Virus record (IMG/VR): IMGVR_UViG_3300015371_000014
Location: 16,354 to 80,353 of that record
Strand: one strand, 5' to 3'
DNA: 64,000 nucleotides
Origin: a virus
Of the stretch, positions 39,030-48,362 are shown piece after piece. The notes below the pieces were generated by a model. It ran no database searches. It saw nothing but the letters and a program-made list of their open reading frames with translations, and was not told where the DNA came from. The number at the start of each line of letters is the position of its first letter. Position 1 is the first letter of the stretch. The position numbers and the translations under genes are program-made.

Positions 39030-39364
39030 GTCTTTCGATGCTCCACCTTCTGCAAGTCAACCGCGATGGCGTACTGCTCCTTGGTAATCTTCGCGGTCAT
39101 GCGTGTGCTGAGGTTTGCCCCGAAATCCAGTGCGGCAGAACCAAATCCTCGCCCTGGCATGACCTTGACCGTAACGGCGATATCAGGGAACCGGCGTTGC
39201 AGGCGCTGTCGCCATATATCCGCAAACTTGATCGCACTGACCAGGGGGTCACACCCCTCAGGACATGGTTCCATATCCCACAGAAGTTCCTGGGGCAGGG
39301 TGATCGTGGCCGTTCGCTGTTCCAGTGGCTTGAGATGCTCTGAGAGATCGATGACCTTTCCCAC
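38930..39364 (-). CDS. hypothetical protein
   Basis: AAGGAG RBS and GTG 39364. Confidence 0.55.
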   Translation of the reverse strand: MGKVIDLSEHLKPLEQRTATITLPQELLWDMEPCPEGCDPLVSAIKFADIWRQRLQRRFPDIAVTVKVMPGRGFGSAALDFGANLSTRMTAKITKEQYAIAVDLQKVEHRKTWLVHKGSPEWIKIVKTVRPQESLKQEALGKVY

Positions 39365-39698
39365 GTTTTCGCTCCTTCTTGCTTCCACGCTGCTTGTACG
39401 GTGGGTCGCAGAGTTCGTCCAGGGTGAAGTGGGCGACGAAAGTCTTGTTCTCCTTCGTTGGCTTCCACGCCTCAACGTCATAGTAGAGGGCGACCGAATT
39501 ACCAATATGAACACTGTAACCAATCACCCTGAGATTGATTTCTTCTGCCCAGGCGAAGATTCCTTCTCCCCTCCTCCGTGTTGTACGAACCTTATCGCCA
39601 ATGATGTAGTGAAACTCCAGGGTGAGCGTTTCCTTAGGTGCTGTTAATTCTTTCCTCTGGGCGGCTAACAATGAGCTTTCCTTCCGCAATATGGTCAA
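39258..39698 (-). CDS. hypothetical protein
   Basis: YIIGDKV SH3-like motif; ends uncertain. Confidence 0.45.
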   Translation of the reverse strand: MTILRKESSLLAAQRKELTAPKETLTLEFHYIIGDKVRTTRRRGEGIFAWAEEINLRVIGYSVHIGNSVALYYDVEAWKPTKENKTFVAHFTLDELCDPPYKQRGSKKERKRGKGHRSLRASQATGTANGHDHPAPGTSVGYGTMS

Positions 39699-39981
39699 TC
39701 AGCTGACCAACTGATCCCTGACCCGCTGTGTCTCCTGACTTCAGGAAGAGCTTATGAGCGGCAGCGATCTCCATCGCTTTTTCCCAGAGTCCTGGGGTGA
39801 CGTAGATCACTCGCTGTTCCTTGTTGCCGACTGACTTCGGTACGTAGCCGATGATCTGCGAGACACGCTGCCGACTCACTCCGTACTTACGGGCAATGGC
39901 GGAACGAGTCCACCCCTGATCAATCAGCCCTAGCCATGTCCGTTCAACGTTAGGATCCTCGATCTTTCTCTCGATTGGCAT
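39634..39981 (-). CDS. HTH DNA-binding protein (sigma region 4-like helix)
   Basis: GWTRSAIARKYGVSRQRVSQII; GGAGG RBS. Confidence 0.8.
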   Translation of the reverse strand: MPIERKIEDPNVERTWLGLIDQGWTRSAIARKYGVSRQRVSQIIGYVPKSVGNKEQRVIYVTPGLWEKAMEIAAAHKLFLKSGDTAGQGSVGQLIDHIAEGKLIVSRPEERINST

Positions 39982-39990
39982 AGTCCCTCC

Positions 39991-40320
39991 TCATGCCAGT
40001 AGTTCCAACATTCTGGCCCAGTCATCAGGGTTGGGACGCAAGACGTAGACGAAAACGCCGAACCAGTGTGCGTTCTGGTGCCACCTCAATTGGGCGGCAC
40101 TAAGCTCAGATCCCTTCTTCATGGTCTTGAGTTCGATCAGGCGATACTGATCACCACGGAACATCAGTAGATCGGGGATGCCCTTCTTGTTGCCGATCAT
40201 GTTCCGGATATGCTCCACCATCCATCCGTAGTGACCAGCCGACTGAATCACGGCTTGTTGCCACTGTCCCTCTGTGTACTTCTCCAGGTTGACGGGGCAC
40301 TCTAGGGTGACTGGTGGCAT
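39991..40320 (-). CDS. VRR-NUC nuclease
   Basis: E..Q..GIPDL..IELK..LSAAQ..W. Confidence 0.85.
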   Translation of the reverse strand: MPPVTLECPVNLEKYTEGQWQQAVIQSAGHYGWMVEHIRNMIGNKKGIPDLLMFRGDQYRLIELKTMKKGSELSAAQLRWHQNAHWFGVFVYVLRPNPDDWARMLELLA

Positions 40321-40541
40321 GGTTCCCTCAGAAGACTTTCTTGCCGCCAGAGATCGTGTCTGGAATAGGAGATCTTATTTGGGGGAGGGCACCCCTGGCG
40401 AGGAGGGAACTTGACCACGACGATCATGTACTGCCCTTCTCCACGCACCTCAACCACCGTGCCGATATGGCCGCGCCGGTATTCAGGGTAGGTATGGTCA
40501 AGGGGAGCGACTTCATCCCCGACGCTATACGTCTTCTCCAC
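40302..40541 (-). CDS. hypothetical SH3/KOW-like protein
   Basis: YSVGDEV..GHIGTVVEV. Confidence 0.55.
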   Translation of the reverse strand: MEKTYSVGDEVAPLDHTYPEYRRGHIGTVVEVRGEGQYMIVVVKFPPRQGCPPPNKISYSRHDLWRQESLLREPCHQSP

Positions 40542-40830
40542 GAGCCATCTTCTCCCGCTTCTCTTTGATCTTCTCTCCGATCTCCCTCACACTGACCTCG
40601 ACCGCATTGAGTTGCTTCTTGATTTTGACGGCCCGTTTGTGCTTGTTCGGGGTGAGATCGTAATGCTCAGTCGCTTTGCCCAGATCCTGCACCCATTCGG
40701 GTTTGAGGGCGAGGTACCAGCGAGCATTCCAAAGCTCGTCATGCGTGTCGCACATCAGGTACGACGACTGATCGTACGGCCACTCCTTCGTGTGTTCGCA
40801 TGCCGTCAAGTTCGAGATATAACAGGGCAT
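40525..40830 (-). CDS. DUF4031-like protein
   Basis: LMCDTHDEL..LKPEWVQ..HYDLT..RAV. Confidence 0.6.
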   Translation of the reverse strand: MPCYISNLTACEHTKEWPYDQSSYLMCDTHDELWNARWYLALKPEWVQDLGKATEHYDLTPNKHKRAVKIKKQLNAVEVSVREIGEKIKEKREKMARGEDV

Positions 40831-40839
40831 TGTTTCTCC

Positions 40840-41091
40840 TTAGCGCGGATCGAGGTTGAGTGCGGCCATGATTGCCGCATCGATCACCGTAGCCAGGAAG
40901 TCAGCTTCGCGAAGCCTCTTCCTGGCTTGCTCCGCATTCGTTTCATTTCGGACTGCTACCCAGCGCAGGACGTTGGCAGCAGCGGTGTCTGCTTCGTCTC
41001 GTGCCTGCCGGTAATCTTGCTGGAGTCGATAGACCACATCCTCCACGATCAGGTGCTTTCTCTCTACGTCCAGGGTGTTGACAGTATCCAT
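40840..41091 (-). CDS. hypothetical protein
   Basis: GGGAG RBS. Confidence 0.6.
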   Translation of the reverse strand: MDTVNTLDVERKHLIVEDVVYRLQQDYRQARDEADTAAANVLRWVAVRNETNAEQARKRLREADFLATVIDAAIMAALNLDPR

Positions 41092-41104
41092 GAGACTCCC
41101 TTTC

Positions 41105-41362
41105 TTAGGCCCTTATGCCAAGAGCGGTAGCTTGCTCTGTGGTGAGTTCAATCTCGTCCATGACGGCGATTGACCACCCTTCAATCACTTTCTTGATTGA
41201 CAAGGCTCCATACGCTCGTCTGATGTAGATCGCTGTCCTGCCGGTTTTTGTCCTTTCCTTACTCCAGACGCATTCATACCCGTTATCGATCAGGGATCTA
41301 ACCATTGCCTCATAGGATGCAATCGCCTCCCTGGAACGAGTTTCTCTACTTGCTGCCAACAC
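41105..41362 (-). CDS. hypothetical protein
   Basis: Downstream of promoter 41406-41434; start estimated. Confidence 0.5.
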   Translation of the reverse strand: MLAASRETRSREAIASYEAMVRSLIDNGYECVWSKERTKTGRTAIYIRRAYGALSIKKVIEGWSIAVMDEIELTTEQATALGIRA

Positions 41363-41405
41363 GACTCCCTCTACGACATGGGATTCCGACTTCCCATCTG
41401 GTCGT

Positions 41406-41434
41406 ACCTTACCACAACTATGGTGCTTTGTCAA
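41406..41434 (-). promoter_or_regulatory. sigma70-type promoter (GTTGTGG-TAAGGT class)
   Basis: TTGACA-17 bp-TAAGGT. Confidence 0.75.
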
Positions 41435-41682
41435 GAGTATCTGTTGCGTCTCTGGAGGAATTGTCGCTTCTCCTCCAGAGAGGAAAACACCCTGTTTCCG
41501 GCTCGCTGGTTGCAGTGGAAGCAAGACGCGACGAGATTGCTGCGAGCATTGCCGCCACCACGAGAGCCAGGGATAACGTGGTCTACCGTGGTGGCGAATC
41601 TCCCGCAATAGATACAGGTGTAATTGTGTTCCTTGAGGACGGATCGATGAACGGTCTTACCAGGACGGATCCTCCGACCCAC
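41431..41682 (-). CDS. HNH endonuclease
   Basis: CIYCG..TVDHVIP.SRGG..NLVASCFHCN; GAGGAG RBS and GTG 41682. Confidence 0.85.
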   Translation of the reverse strand: MGRRIRPGKTVHRSVLKEHNYTCIYCGRFATTVDHVIPGSRGGGNARSNLVASCFHCNQRAGNRVFSSLEEKRQFLQRRNRYS

Positions 41683-43633
41683 TGTCGTTCTCCTCATCAA
41701 AGAGCGTCCCAGCCGGAACCATCGTTCGGGGTGTGATGAGGAGGTGTTCTGGCAAGGGGATATACGGGTCAGAACCGATAGGTGATGACTCACGGTGACC
41801 GGCATAGCGGAAGCGGCCAGTAGCTCGATCAAAGAGGAACTCACAGATCCCGACTTCGCCTGTGATGCCCTCTTTGCGGTGCTTGGCGATTTCCACCAGG
41901 GTCTTCCCCTTGTCTTCACCGAACATGACGCGGTTGATGGTAACAAAGACATCCGCCTTGTTGTACCAGTGCATCGCGCCAGCTGCCTCCATCGGAGAGG
42001 GGTTGCGATCCATGGTTTTGGCGGTGTCTGGCTTACGGGGGTGGATCACGATGATGGCGGAACAGTTCCGTCGCTTGCACCACTGGCGAATCGTGGAGAG
42101 GGACTGAGAGATATATTCCTCCACCGTCGCCCCTTTATTACGGGCAGACTCGCACTCATTCCAGGGATCGATGACCAGCACATTCATGCCTGACTTGATC
42201 ACCGCTGGCTCTGCCTGCGCGAGGATCTTCGGTATCGTCAGCGCGGCGAATCCCTGCGCGTTGTTCTCCTCCGCGTAGATCTCGAAGAACTTATCCCCAA
42301 CCCAGTCGGCTGCGATCTCCACCGCTTCCCAGGAGGGACGCTTCTCTGCGCTGGGGAGGAAGGGCGCATCGAGAATGATCTGCACGAACTTGCCCAGCAT
42401 CTCCCCTTCCTCGCCCATCTCTGGTGAGTACAACCCGACCCGCCAGTCGTTGATGCGAGCGAGGTTAGTGAGGAAATGGTTCAACCAGGAGGTCTTACCT
42501 CTGCCAGGGTATCCAGAGACGATGTAGAGCTTGCCAAGCTCAGGCCGGAAATAGTGATCAAATTCCTCCCAGCCAGAGCTAACCCCAGGAGCATATCCGT
42601 GGTCGTAGATCCGTCGTAGAGCTTCCTTCTGTTCACTGAGGGGCCTGAGGCCAGGGGTTGGGGCCGGGATGGCGTGACTGAGGATGTGATCGAGCTTCTT
42701 CGCTCCGTCTCGTACCAGTACCTCATTCGCATCCTTCGCACCCCATTTGTTCCAGTGGACTTGCCAACACTTCATTGGTCCTAGCGTTTCGATCAGATAG
42801 CTAGCGAGCGCCTTACCCTCGATGTCAGCGTCTGTGGCAATGATGACTCGATCAGCATCTTCGAAGAGCTTCCTGGCCTCAGGGGTTTCGAACGCCGCAC
42901 CCTTCTTGCCGATCTCTGCCACCTTGCCGGTAGCTTTCTTGCCCTCATAGATCTGACCCGGTGCGCCATCAGGAGAAGAGACGGCTTTCCAGCCTGCGAT
43001 GTGACAGGCGATGACATCGAACTCCCCCTCCGTGATCACGATCACCTTACTGCCTTGACACCTGTCAATATTGAACAGGGTGCGGGCAGCGCCCCTGGTC
43101 TGGCGGAACTCCTTCGGCAAAGTACGGGACTTGACATTGACCAGCTTGCCATCGAGGTAGTACGGGATGTGAACCGTCCTGGCAATCTCTCCGTTCTCCA
43201 TCTTCTTGGCAGTGGAAGTAATCCCGAACTCAACCGCGACCTTAGTCGGGATTGCTCGCTCCTCCTCCAGCCACGTTTCGGCCCAATCCTCTAACGTGTT
43301 CGAAGGGAGGACTGCGGCGGGATAGGCTTGTGGCGCAAATTCAGCCCCTCTGGCGCGTGTTTGCACGCGAATAGGGTTAGGATCCATCTTGGCCTCCCGG
43401 CCTAGCTTGTGAGCCTCAGATTTAAGGGAACCGGAATAGCCGCAGCGATGGCAGTTCCAGACGCCATCCTCGATGTTGACGCTCAGATCCCGGTGATTCC
43501 GATTGCTCCAGCTGTGGCTCTCAGAACACTCCGGACAACGCGTCTTGATATCCCTTCCGGAATAGGAAGAGGCGGGGAACTCAATCCCCACCTCCGCGAA
43601 CGTGACACCAATCTCCGCTTCGATTGATGACAT
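41657..43633 (-). CDS. T7 gp4/Twinkle-like primase-helicase
   Basis: CPEC..CHRC zinc domain; TEGEFD, DAD and KDANE TOPRIM motifs; GYPGRGKT Walker A; VIDPWN; HPRK. Confidence 0.93.
   Translation of the reverse strand: MSSIEAEIGVTFAEVGIEFPASSYSGRDIKTRCPECSESHSWSNRNHRDLSVNIEDGVWNCHRCGYSGSLKSEAHKLGREAKMDPNPIRVQTRARGAEFAPQAYPAAVLPSNTLEDWAETWLEEERAIPTKVAVEFGITSTAKKMENGEIARTVHIPYYLDGKLVNVKSRTLPKEFRQTRGAARTLFNIDRCQGSKVIVITEGEFDVIACHIAGWKAVSSPDGAPGQIYEGKKATGKVAEIGKKGAAFETPEARKLFEDADRVIIATDADIEGKALASYLIETLGPMKCWQVHWNKWGAKDANEVLVRDGAKKLDHILSHAIPAPTPGLRPLSEQKEALRRIYDHGYAPGVSSGWEEFDHYFRPELGKLYIVSGYPGRGKTSWLNHFLTNLARINDWRVGLYSPEMGEEGEMLGKFVQIILDAPFLPSAEKRPSWEAVEIAADWVGDKFFEIYAEENNAQGFAALTIPKILAQAEPAVIKSGMNVLVIDPWNECESARNKGATVEEYISQSLSTIRQWCKRRNCSAIIVIHPRKPDTAKTMDRNPSPMEAAGAMHWYNKADVFVTINRVMFGEDKGKTLVEIAKHRKEGITGEVGICEFLFDRATGRFRYAGHRESSPIGSDPYIPLPEHLLITPRTMVPAGTLFDEENDSGSEDPSW
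43055..43068. repeat. 14-bp palindrome (intragenic)
   Basis: TTGACACCTGTCAA. Confidence 0.9.
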
Positions 43634-43644
43634 CGTATTCCTCT

Positions 43645-44508
43645 CTAGTTTCCGTTGACCTTCGGGTGCGCCCAGCGCTCTTTCTTGATCCAGCTAGACA
43701 ACTGGGGGATGAACTTATCTTCTGTTCTCTCCTCCAACCACACCTCCAACCAGCGTTGATGACCCTGCCAGATCGCGTGCTGCTCCTGTTGAGTCAGTTC
43801 GGGTCCGTTACTAAAGAGTTCCTCCCACGCTTCCATCGCCCACTGGCGAGCTTGTGGCGTCTGGCCTCGATCCTTGGGGTGGTTCTTGATCAGGGCATCG
43901 AGGAACTTCAGGTGGTCTTGATGGTCTTTCCACCAGGGGGAGAGATAGGGCGTGCTGGGGAGGAGATCGCCGTTACCGCGCCGTGTCGGTTCGGGCTGGG
44001 GCTGTGGTGTCTCCCAAGGGTCGGGGACGGGTTCCGCATCGAAGATCTGCTGTGCGGCTCTGTAGACGTTTTCATCCCGTTGGCTCTGGATGATCGGCAC
44101 GTCTGGCCGGGGCTTCTCGACAGGCTTCTCTGGTGCTTCCGGCAGGAACGGCATGATGTAGTACTCATCAGGCTTCCCGGCACGCGGCACCACTTTGAGA
44201 AAGCCAAGCTCGCGCAGCTTCTGGATGGCTGCGACACAGGCGTCTTCTTTGAAGTTGAACTCCTCTCCTCCAGCCGCCCGATGAGCGACTGTTGCTACAA
44301 GGTTCTTGGTGACCTTCCCGCCATTGCCCAGAGAGCAGAGGGCGAGGTAGGTGCGGAGAACGGTGCTTGGTTGTTTGAGGAGAAGATCGAGAACGGGGTG
44401 ATAGAGAACAGTAAAGCCAACTGAGGGGGGATTCTTGACGACCGCGTCGTCTGTGGGTTGATTTTTAGGGGTGGATGTGTTAGGGTCCACTTGCGTATGC
44501 CTCCTCAC
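43645..44508 (-). CDS. replication initiator/replisome organiser-like protein
   Basis: N-terminal wHTH-like AIQKLRELGFL; C-terminal KFIPQLSSWIKKERW; upstream of the helicase. Confidence 0.6.
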   Translation of the reverse strand: MRRHTQVDPNTSTPKNQPTDDAVVKNPPSVGFTVLYHPVLDLLLKQPSTVLRTYLALCSLGNGGKVTKNLVATVAHRAAGGEEFNFKEDACVAAIQKLRELGFLKVVPRAGKPDEYYIMPFLPEAPEKPVEKPRPDVPIIQSQRDENVYRAAQQIFDAEPVPDPWETPQPQPEPTRRGNGDLLPSTPYLSPWWKDHQDHLKFLDALIKNHPKDRGQTPQARQWAMEAWEELFSNGPELTQQEQHAIWQGHQRWLEVWLEERTEDKFIPQLSSWIKKERWAHPKVNGN

Positions 44509-44602
44509 AGGCTATCGCGTCTGCGGACGGAAGGGGAGCGGGATAGGCACCGCTCCCTATTCTTTTGCCCGTCCTGCAAGTATATCCTATCGTGTCAATG
44601 CT

Positions 44603-45901
44603 TTAGAACGGTGCTTCCTCCTCGTCTTCATTGGCGAAGAAGGTTTCGGTCAGGGAATCCGTTGCGCCCTCGACGTATGCCTTGACATCGTCTGGCATCT
44701 CGTCGTCTTCCTCTTCCTCCTCGACCACGGTGAAATCCTTGAAGGACACATCGGCGGCATCATGAACCGTTGTCTCATCGGGCATGCCAGCCTCTTCCCA
44801 TTCCTCTGTTGCGGCGTCGTAGGCAGCGATCTCTTCCACGACCGGGCTGGTGCCCAACAGATCGAGGATGTACTTCAGGGTGTCCTTGGCTTCCTTCTGG
44901 TCGTCGGTCAGCTTCTTGACGTGGCTGAACTCAACGCTTGCCATGGTGAGCAGCTGAACGATGTTGTTGAGCCGGTCTTCCTTGGTGACCTTGCTCTGGC
45001 GCGTTTTCTTCTCAGGCGTGGCAAGCTCGCGTGGCTCATCTCCACCCGTAAGTTCGAATCCCTGCTCCTCATTGATCAGGTCCGCGCTGCTCTCAAGCTC
45101 CGCATCATCGTAAGGAAGCTCGCCCTTGTCATCGAAGAGGGATGAGGGAAGGTCGTTTTCCAGGGACTGCACAACGTTGAACTTGCGAGCCTCGATAACC
45201 TCGTCGGAGGTAATGCGGCCATTCTGATCGAGGATTGCCAGCAGGCGAGCCGTCCCAGCAGGCCCAAGACGAGAGGCATGCTTGGCGCTCCATGGCTTCA
45301 TCTTGTCCTGCTCAACCGCCTTGAACAGGCGCGGGTGCAGCTTCTGGCCGATGTCGCGCAGCGCACGCACTGTCTCCAGAGGGGTACCGGAAGCCGCCGC
45401 AATGGTCTGCTCCGTGTAACCCTGCTCCATTAGATCCTTGACCGTCCGCGCATCACCCGTGACGTTCTCACCGCGCTTGTAGTTCATGCTCAGAGAGCGG
45501 AGCTTCAGGTCGCGCTGGGTCTTGCGAGGGTTGATCACTGCCGGGATAGAGGAGAACCCATTCGCTCCCTCTGCGTGCAGCATATTGAAGGTCTTGAGCC
45601 GTCGTCGCCCCTCGACCACCACGTAGCGATCTCCGACCGCCTCAACCACGATGGGAACTTCTAGTCCGTTGGCGCGAACGTCATCCACGAAGCTCTCCGT
45701 GGGGTAGTCGCCAATATCCTCCCAGCCATCGATGTCACCCAGAGCGATCAGGCGGGACTGGAATGCCTTTGGGGTAACCTGTGCGGTGGTCAGAACCGGA
45801 AACGATGGCCCATCGGCCTCGCCGCCATTCCCATTCGCCGCGACCTTTGGCTGCGCGACTTCCGCCTCTGCCTCTACCGTTTGCTTCTTCACTCGTGGCA
45901 C
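44603..45901 (-). CDS. ParB/Srx-family protein with HTH and long acidic tail
   Basis: VRANGLEVPIVV..YVVVEGRRRL; GYTEQTIAAASG HTH. Confidence 0.85.
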   Translation of the reverse strand: MPRVKKQTVEAEAEVAQPKVAANGNGGEADGPSFPVLTTAQVTPKAFQSRLIALGDIDGWEDIGDYPTESFVDDVRANGLEVPIVVEAVGDRYVVVEGRRRLKTFNMLHAEGANGFSSIPAVINPRKTQRDLKLRSLSMNYKRGENVTGDARTVKDLMEQGYTEQTIAAASGTPLETVRALRDIGQKLHPRLFKAVEQDKMKPWSAKHASRLGPAGTARLLAILDQNGRITSDEVIEARKFNVVQSLENDLPSSLFDDKGELPYDDAELESSADLINEEQGFELTGGDEPRELATPEKKTRQSKVTKEDRLNNIVQLLTMASVEFSHVKKLTDDQKEAKDTLKYILDLLGTSPVVEEIAAYDAATEEWEEAGMPDETTVHDAADVSFKDFTVVEEEEEDDEMPDDVKAYVEGATDSLTETFFANEDEEEAPF

Positions 45902-45951
45902 TGGATCCTCCTGGTTTCTCTCTGCCGGGGAACTCCCCCGACCACACTTAC

Positions 45952-45980
45952 AAGATAGCAGACCTTACACCCTCTGTCAA
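45952..45980 (-). promoter_or_regulatory. promoter of the parB-like/replication operon
   Basis: TTGACA-17 bp-TATCTT with extended TG. Confidence 0.7.
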
Positions 45981-45999
45981 GGGTTTTTCTGTACCAATT

Positions 46000-46013
46000 T
46001 TGACAGGTGTCAA
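46000..46013. repeat. 14-bp palindrome, 19 bp upstream of a -35
   Basis: TTGACAGGTGTCAA. Confidence 0.9.
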
Positions 46014-46017
46014 CTCC

Positions 46018-46359
46018 CTATCCTCCGCACGCCCACCACACGCTGCCAAGGTGAGCGGCGGTCCAATAGATCTGGGTCACGCCATCGGCATACGCCACGC
46101 TGCCCCATGTTGCATCGTTGATTTGTAGTAATCCCACATCGGTCCCGCCATACGGATTCGGGTGAACAGCTGTCGGATCTCCTCTACTCTCACAGAAGAT
46201 CAACCACATGATGGTGTCCACACACCCCTGGTCACCACAGGCGTCTTCTACGTAAGGTCGCCACTGTTCCACGGCGGATGAGTACTGTGCGTTTGCTGCC
46301 GCCCCACTGAGTGTCAAGCCCATCAGGGCGATGCTTGCTGCGAGTACAAACCGCTTCAT
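46018..46359 (-). CDS. secreted lytic transglycosylase (SLT/lysozyme-like)
   Basis: Signal peptide; CESRGDPTA..GLLQINDATW. Confidence 0.75.
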   Translation of the reverse strand: MKRFVLAASIALMGLTLSGAAANAQYSSAVEQWRPYVEDACGDQGCVDTIMWLIFCESRGDPTAVHPNPYGGTDVGLLQINDATWGSVAYADGVTQIYWTAAHLGSVWWACGG

Positions 46360-46379
46360 ACCACGTCCCTTCTCTCTTG

Positions 46380-46700
46380 TTACGGTCTTCGTCCTGGCCT
46401 ATCTGTGTTGGTGATCTTCTCTACCTCATAGAAGTGGAGCTTTCCATCCATCGTTTCTTCACAGATAGCACTCGCCACTACGCCCAAATAGACGTTGGTG
46501 TCTTCGTCGTTGTAGGTGGCGATCTCCCGCAGTAGGTCTTGTCGATCCTCACGGGAGAGACGAAAAAACAGTCCCACGATGACATCCCGAATTTCGTGGT
46601 TCACAAGGTTCTGGATCTTGACCCGAATGAGGTTCCCCTGTCGGGCGTAGCGAAGCTCAGCGTTATCCTTGTAGCCGATAACCGCCATGGGATTGGTCAT
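46380..46700 (-). CDS. hypothetical protein
   Basis: TGATG coupling. Confidence 0.55.
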   Translation of the reverse strand: MTNPMAVIGYKDNAELRYARQGNLIRVKIQNLVNHEIRDVIVGLFFRLSREDRQDLLREIATYNDEDTNVYLGVVASAICEETMDGKLHFYEVEKITNTDRPGRRP

Positions 46701-47305
46701 CAGTAGCTCTCCAGCATCCTCTCCACGACCTCTGGGGCTAGCAACGTGGCCCACTTCCCATGCGCGATCATCATGACAGGATTGGCCGCGTTCAGGTTCA
46801 CGATCCAAGTCTTCTTGTTGGTCTTGTCGTAGACAATCTCCCTGGCAAGCCCGTGGTCAACTCGCCACAGGAATCGCTCGTAGCTGATCACGAAGACCGC
46901 ATCGGTAAAGACCTGGGCGATCAGGATCGGGAGTCCATTCTCCCTGCGCCACAAATGGAGTGGTCCTAACTCCTCGTCTTTGAGAATCACCCCCATCCTG
47001 GGAGTCTTCGCTGACTGGTTGGAAAACTTCACTTCAACCACAAACACCGGCACATGGAGGTAGGCATCGATCACCAGGATATCGGGACACTTCCCCTCGC
47101 CCTCTCGCTCTCGATGCGCCTGAAAGTGACTGGCGAACTCTTCTCCTTCCTCGTACGCCGTGCCATCTGAGGTACCCAGAGGTTCAGCCCTGTGCGTGCC
47201 GGTTGAGGACACCCACCAGGACACGAGTTGCTCTGCCTGTGACCCCATCCCGTGCCGGTAGGTGAAGTCCTGCCCACGGGGAGCGGGGATTCTAGAACGG
47301 CTCAT
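46700..47305 (-). CDS. PD-(D/E)xK nuclease, AccI-family-like
   Basis: G..AEQ, GKCPDILV, VEVKFS, LKDEEL..W..PILIAQVFTD. Confidence 0.6.
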   Translation of the reverse strand: MSRSRIPAPRGQDFTYRHGMGSQAEQLVSWWVSSTGTHRAEPLGTSDGTAYEEGEEFASHFQAHREREGEGKCPDILVIDAYLHVPVFVVEVKFSNQSAKTPRMGVILKDEELGPLHLWRRENGLPILIAQVFTDAVFVISYERFLWRVDHGLAREIVYDKTNKKTWIVNLNAANPVMMIAHGKWATLLAPEVVERMLESY

Positions 47306-47642
47306 CGTACGTGCCAACCGCATATTCGGTGACTACAGCACCAGAGCCGGGAGGGCCGAAGTCAGGAACGTACGGTTCACAATCATCATCCCTGTTGTCG
47401 TAATCAAACATCGCCCTGGAGAGAGCTTTGGTGTATGCCAGTAAGCGATCAAGTGTCTGACTCATCTCCTCTCGATCATCGGTATTCAGTTCTTGGATGG
47501 CCTTCCCATCCACCATCAACACCAGACAGTCAGCCTCTTCCACAAGCTCTAGAGGTATCCCGGCCTCTACCTCCAAGAGTTGAACCTTCTTGTCCAGGGC
47601 GACAAGCCAATCGGGAGTCTGATCCGTGTCGAGATTATTCAA
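47292..47642 (-). CDS. hypothetical acidic protein
   Basis: GGAGG RBS; ends YDEPF. Confidence 0.55.
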   Translation of the reverse strand: MNNLDTDQTPDWLVALDKKVQLLEVEAGIPLELVEEADCLVLMVDGKAIQELNTDDREEMSQTLDRLLAYTKALSRAMFDYDNRDDDCEPYVPDFGPPGSGAVVTEYAVGTYDEPF

Positions 47643-47898
47643 GTCCGACCTCCTCCGGAGCGTTTGTCTTATCGAAAATGCGGCCCACCGAAACGATAAC
47701 CTCGCCTACTCTGGCGTACAGGGTGCCGCACCCTTCACAGCGCACTGCCCTGCCATTCCCCAGCCGATACCCATGACCTCCTGGGCACGGACACTGCACG
47801 ACCACAGACTTAGGGCGATTTTTCCCATCGATGCGGACGTTGTGAAGCTCTGGCTGGAGTCCATTGGACACCATGTTTATGTAGAACGCTTCGGACAA
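47635..47898 (-). CDS. zinc-ribbon protein
   Basis: CPCPGGH..CEGCG. Confidence 0.55.
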   Translation of the reverse strand: MSEAFYINMVSNGLQPELHNVRIDGKNRPKSVVVQCPCPGGHGYRLGNGRAVRCEGCGTLYARVGEVIVSVGRIFDKTNAPEEVGLE

Positions 47899-48095
47899 TG
47901 GGGTGCCTTTCGTTTCTTCTTCGGGTAATCAAGCTCCTGGTCGGCTTCTCTCATGAGGCTCCAGAGGTCTTGCAGATCGTTGAGCCTATCCTCTTCCTCC
48001 TTCGCTTGATCGAGCAGACGTTCCGCTGCCCTCCGAAATCCTTCCACATTCTGCTTGGCGTTGTGGATATCGACCGCGAGTTCGAGGAGGTTCAT
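47877..48095 (-). CDS. hypothetical coiled-coil protein
   Basis: ATGA overlap. Confidence 0.55.
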   Translation of the reverse strand: MNLLELAVDIHNAKQNVEGFRRAAERLLDQAKEEEDRLNDLQDLWSLMREADQELDYPKKKRKAPHCPKRST

Positions 48096-48352
48096 AGTCC
48101 TTTGTCGCTATAGAGCGCCCACCCAGAAAGCTTTCCAGCTTCAGCGATGTCGCCACGCTCATATGCTTCAAGGGCTTCTTTCTGAAGCTCCGCGCCTGCG
48201 AAGAGCTTGTAATCCCCTGTCTTGTAGACACCGAACGCATCGCGCACTTTCCACCAGCCGGTTGACAACATCACTATTGTGAAGCGATTGAAGCGCGTTT
48301 TTGTTGTTAGTGGAATTTGCCGTGCTTCCGGCGTCTCAATAAATACCGCCAT
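48092..48352 (-). CDS. hypothetical protein
   Basis: GGAGG RBS. Confidence 0.65.
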   Translation of the reverse strand: MAVFIETPEARQIPLTTKTRFNRFTIVMLSTGWWKVRDAFGVYKTGDYKLFAGAELQKEALEAYERGDIAEAGKLSGWALYSDKGL

Positions 48353-48362
48353 CGATACCTCC

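Noticed and set aside
46000-46013. Palindrome as the canonical chromosomal parS
   Set aside because: Does not match TGTTNCACGTGAAACA; no parA in the window. A phage-specific ParB site remains possible.
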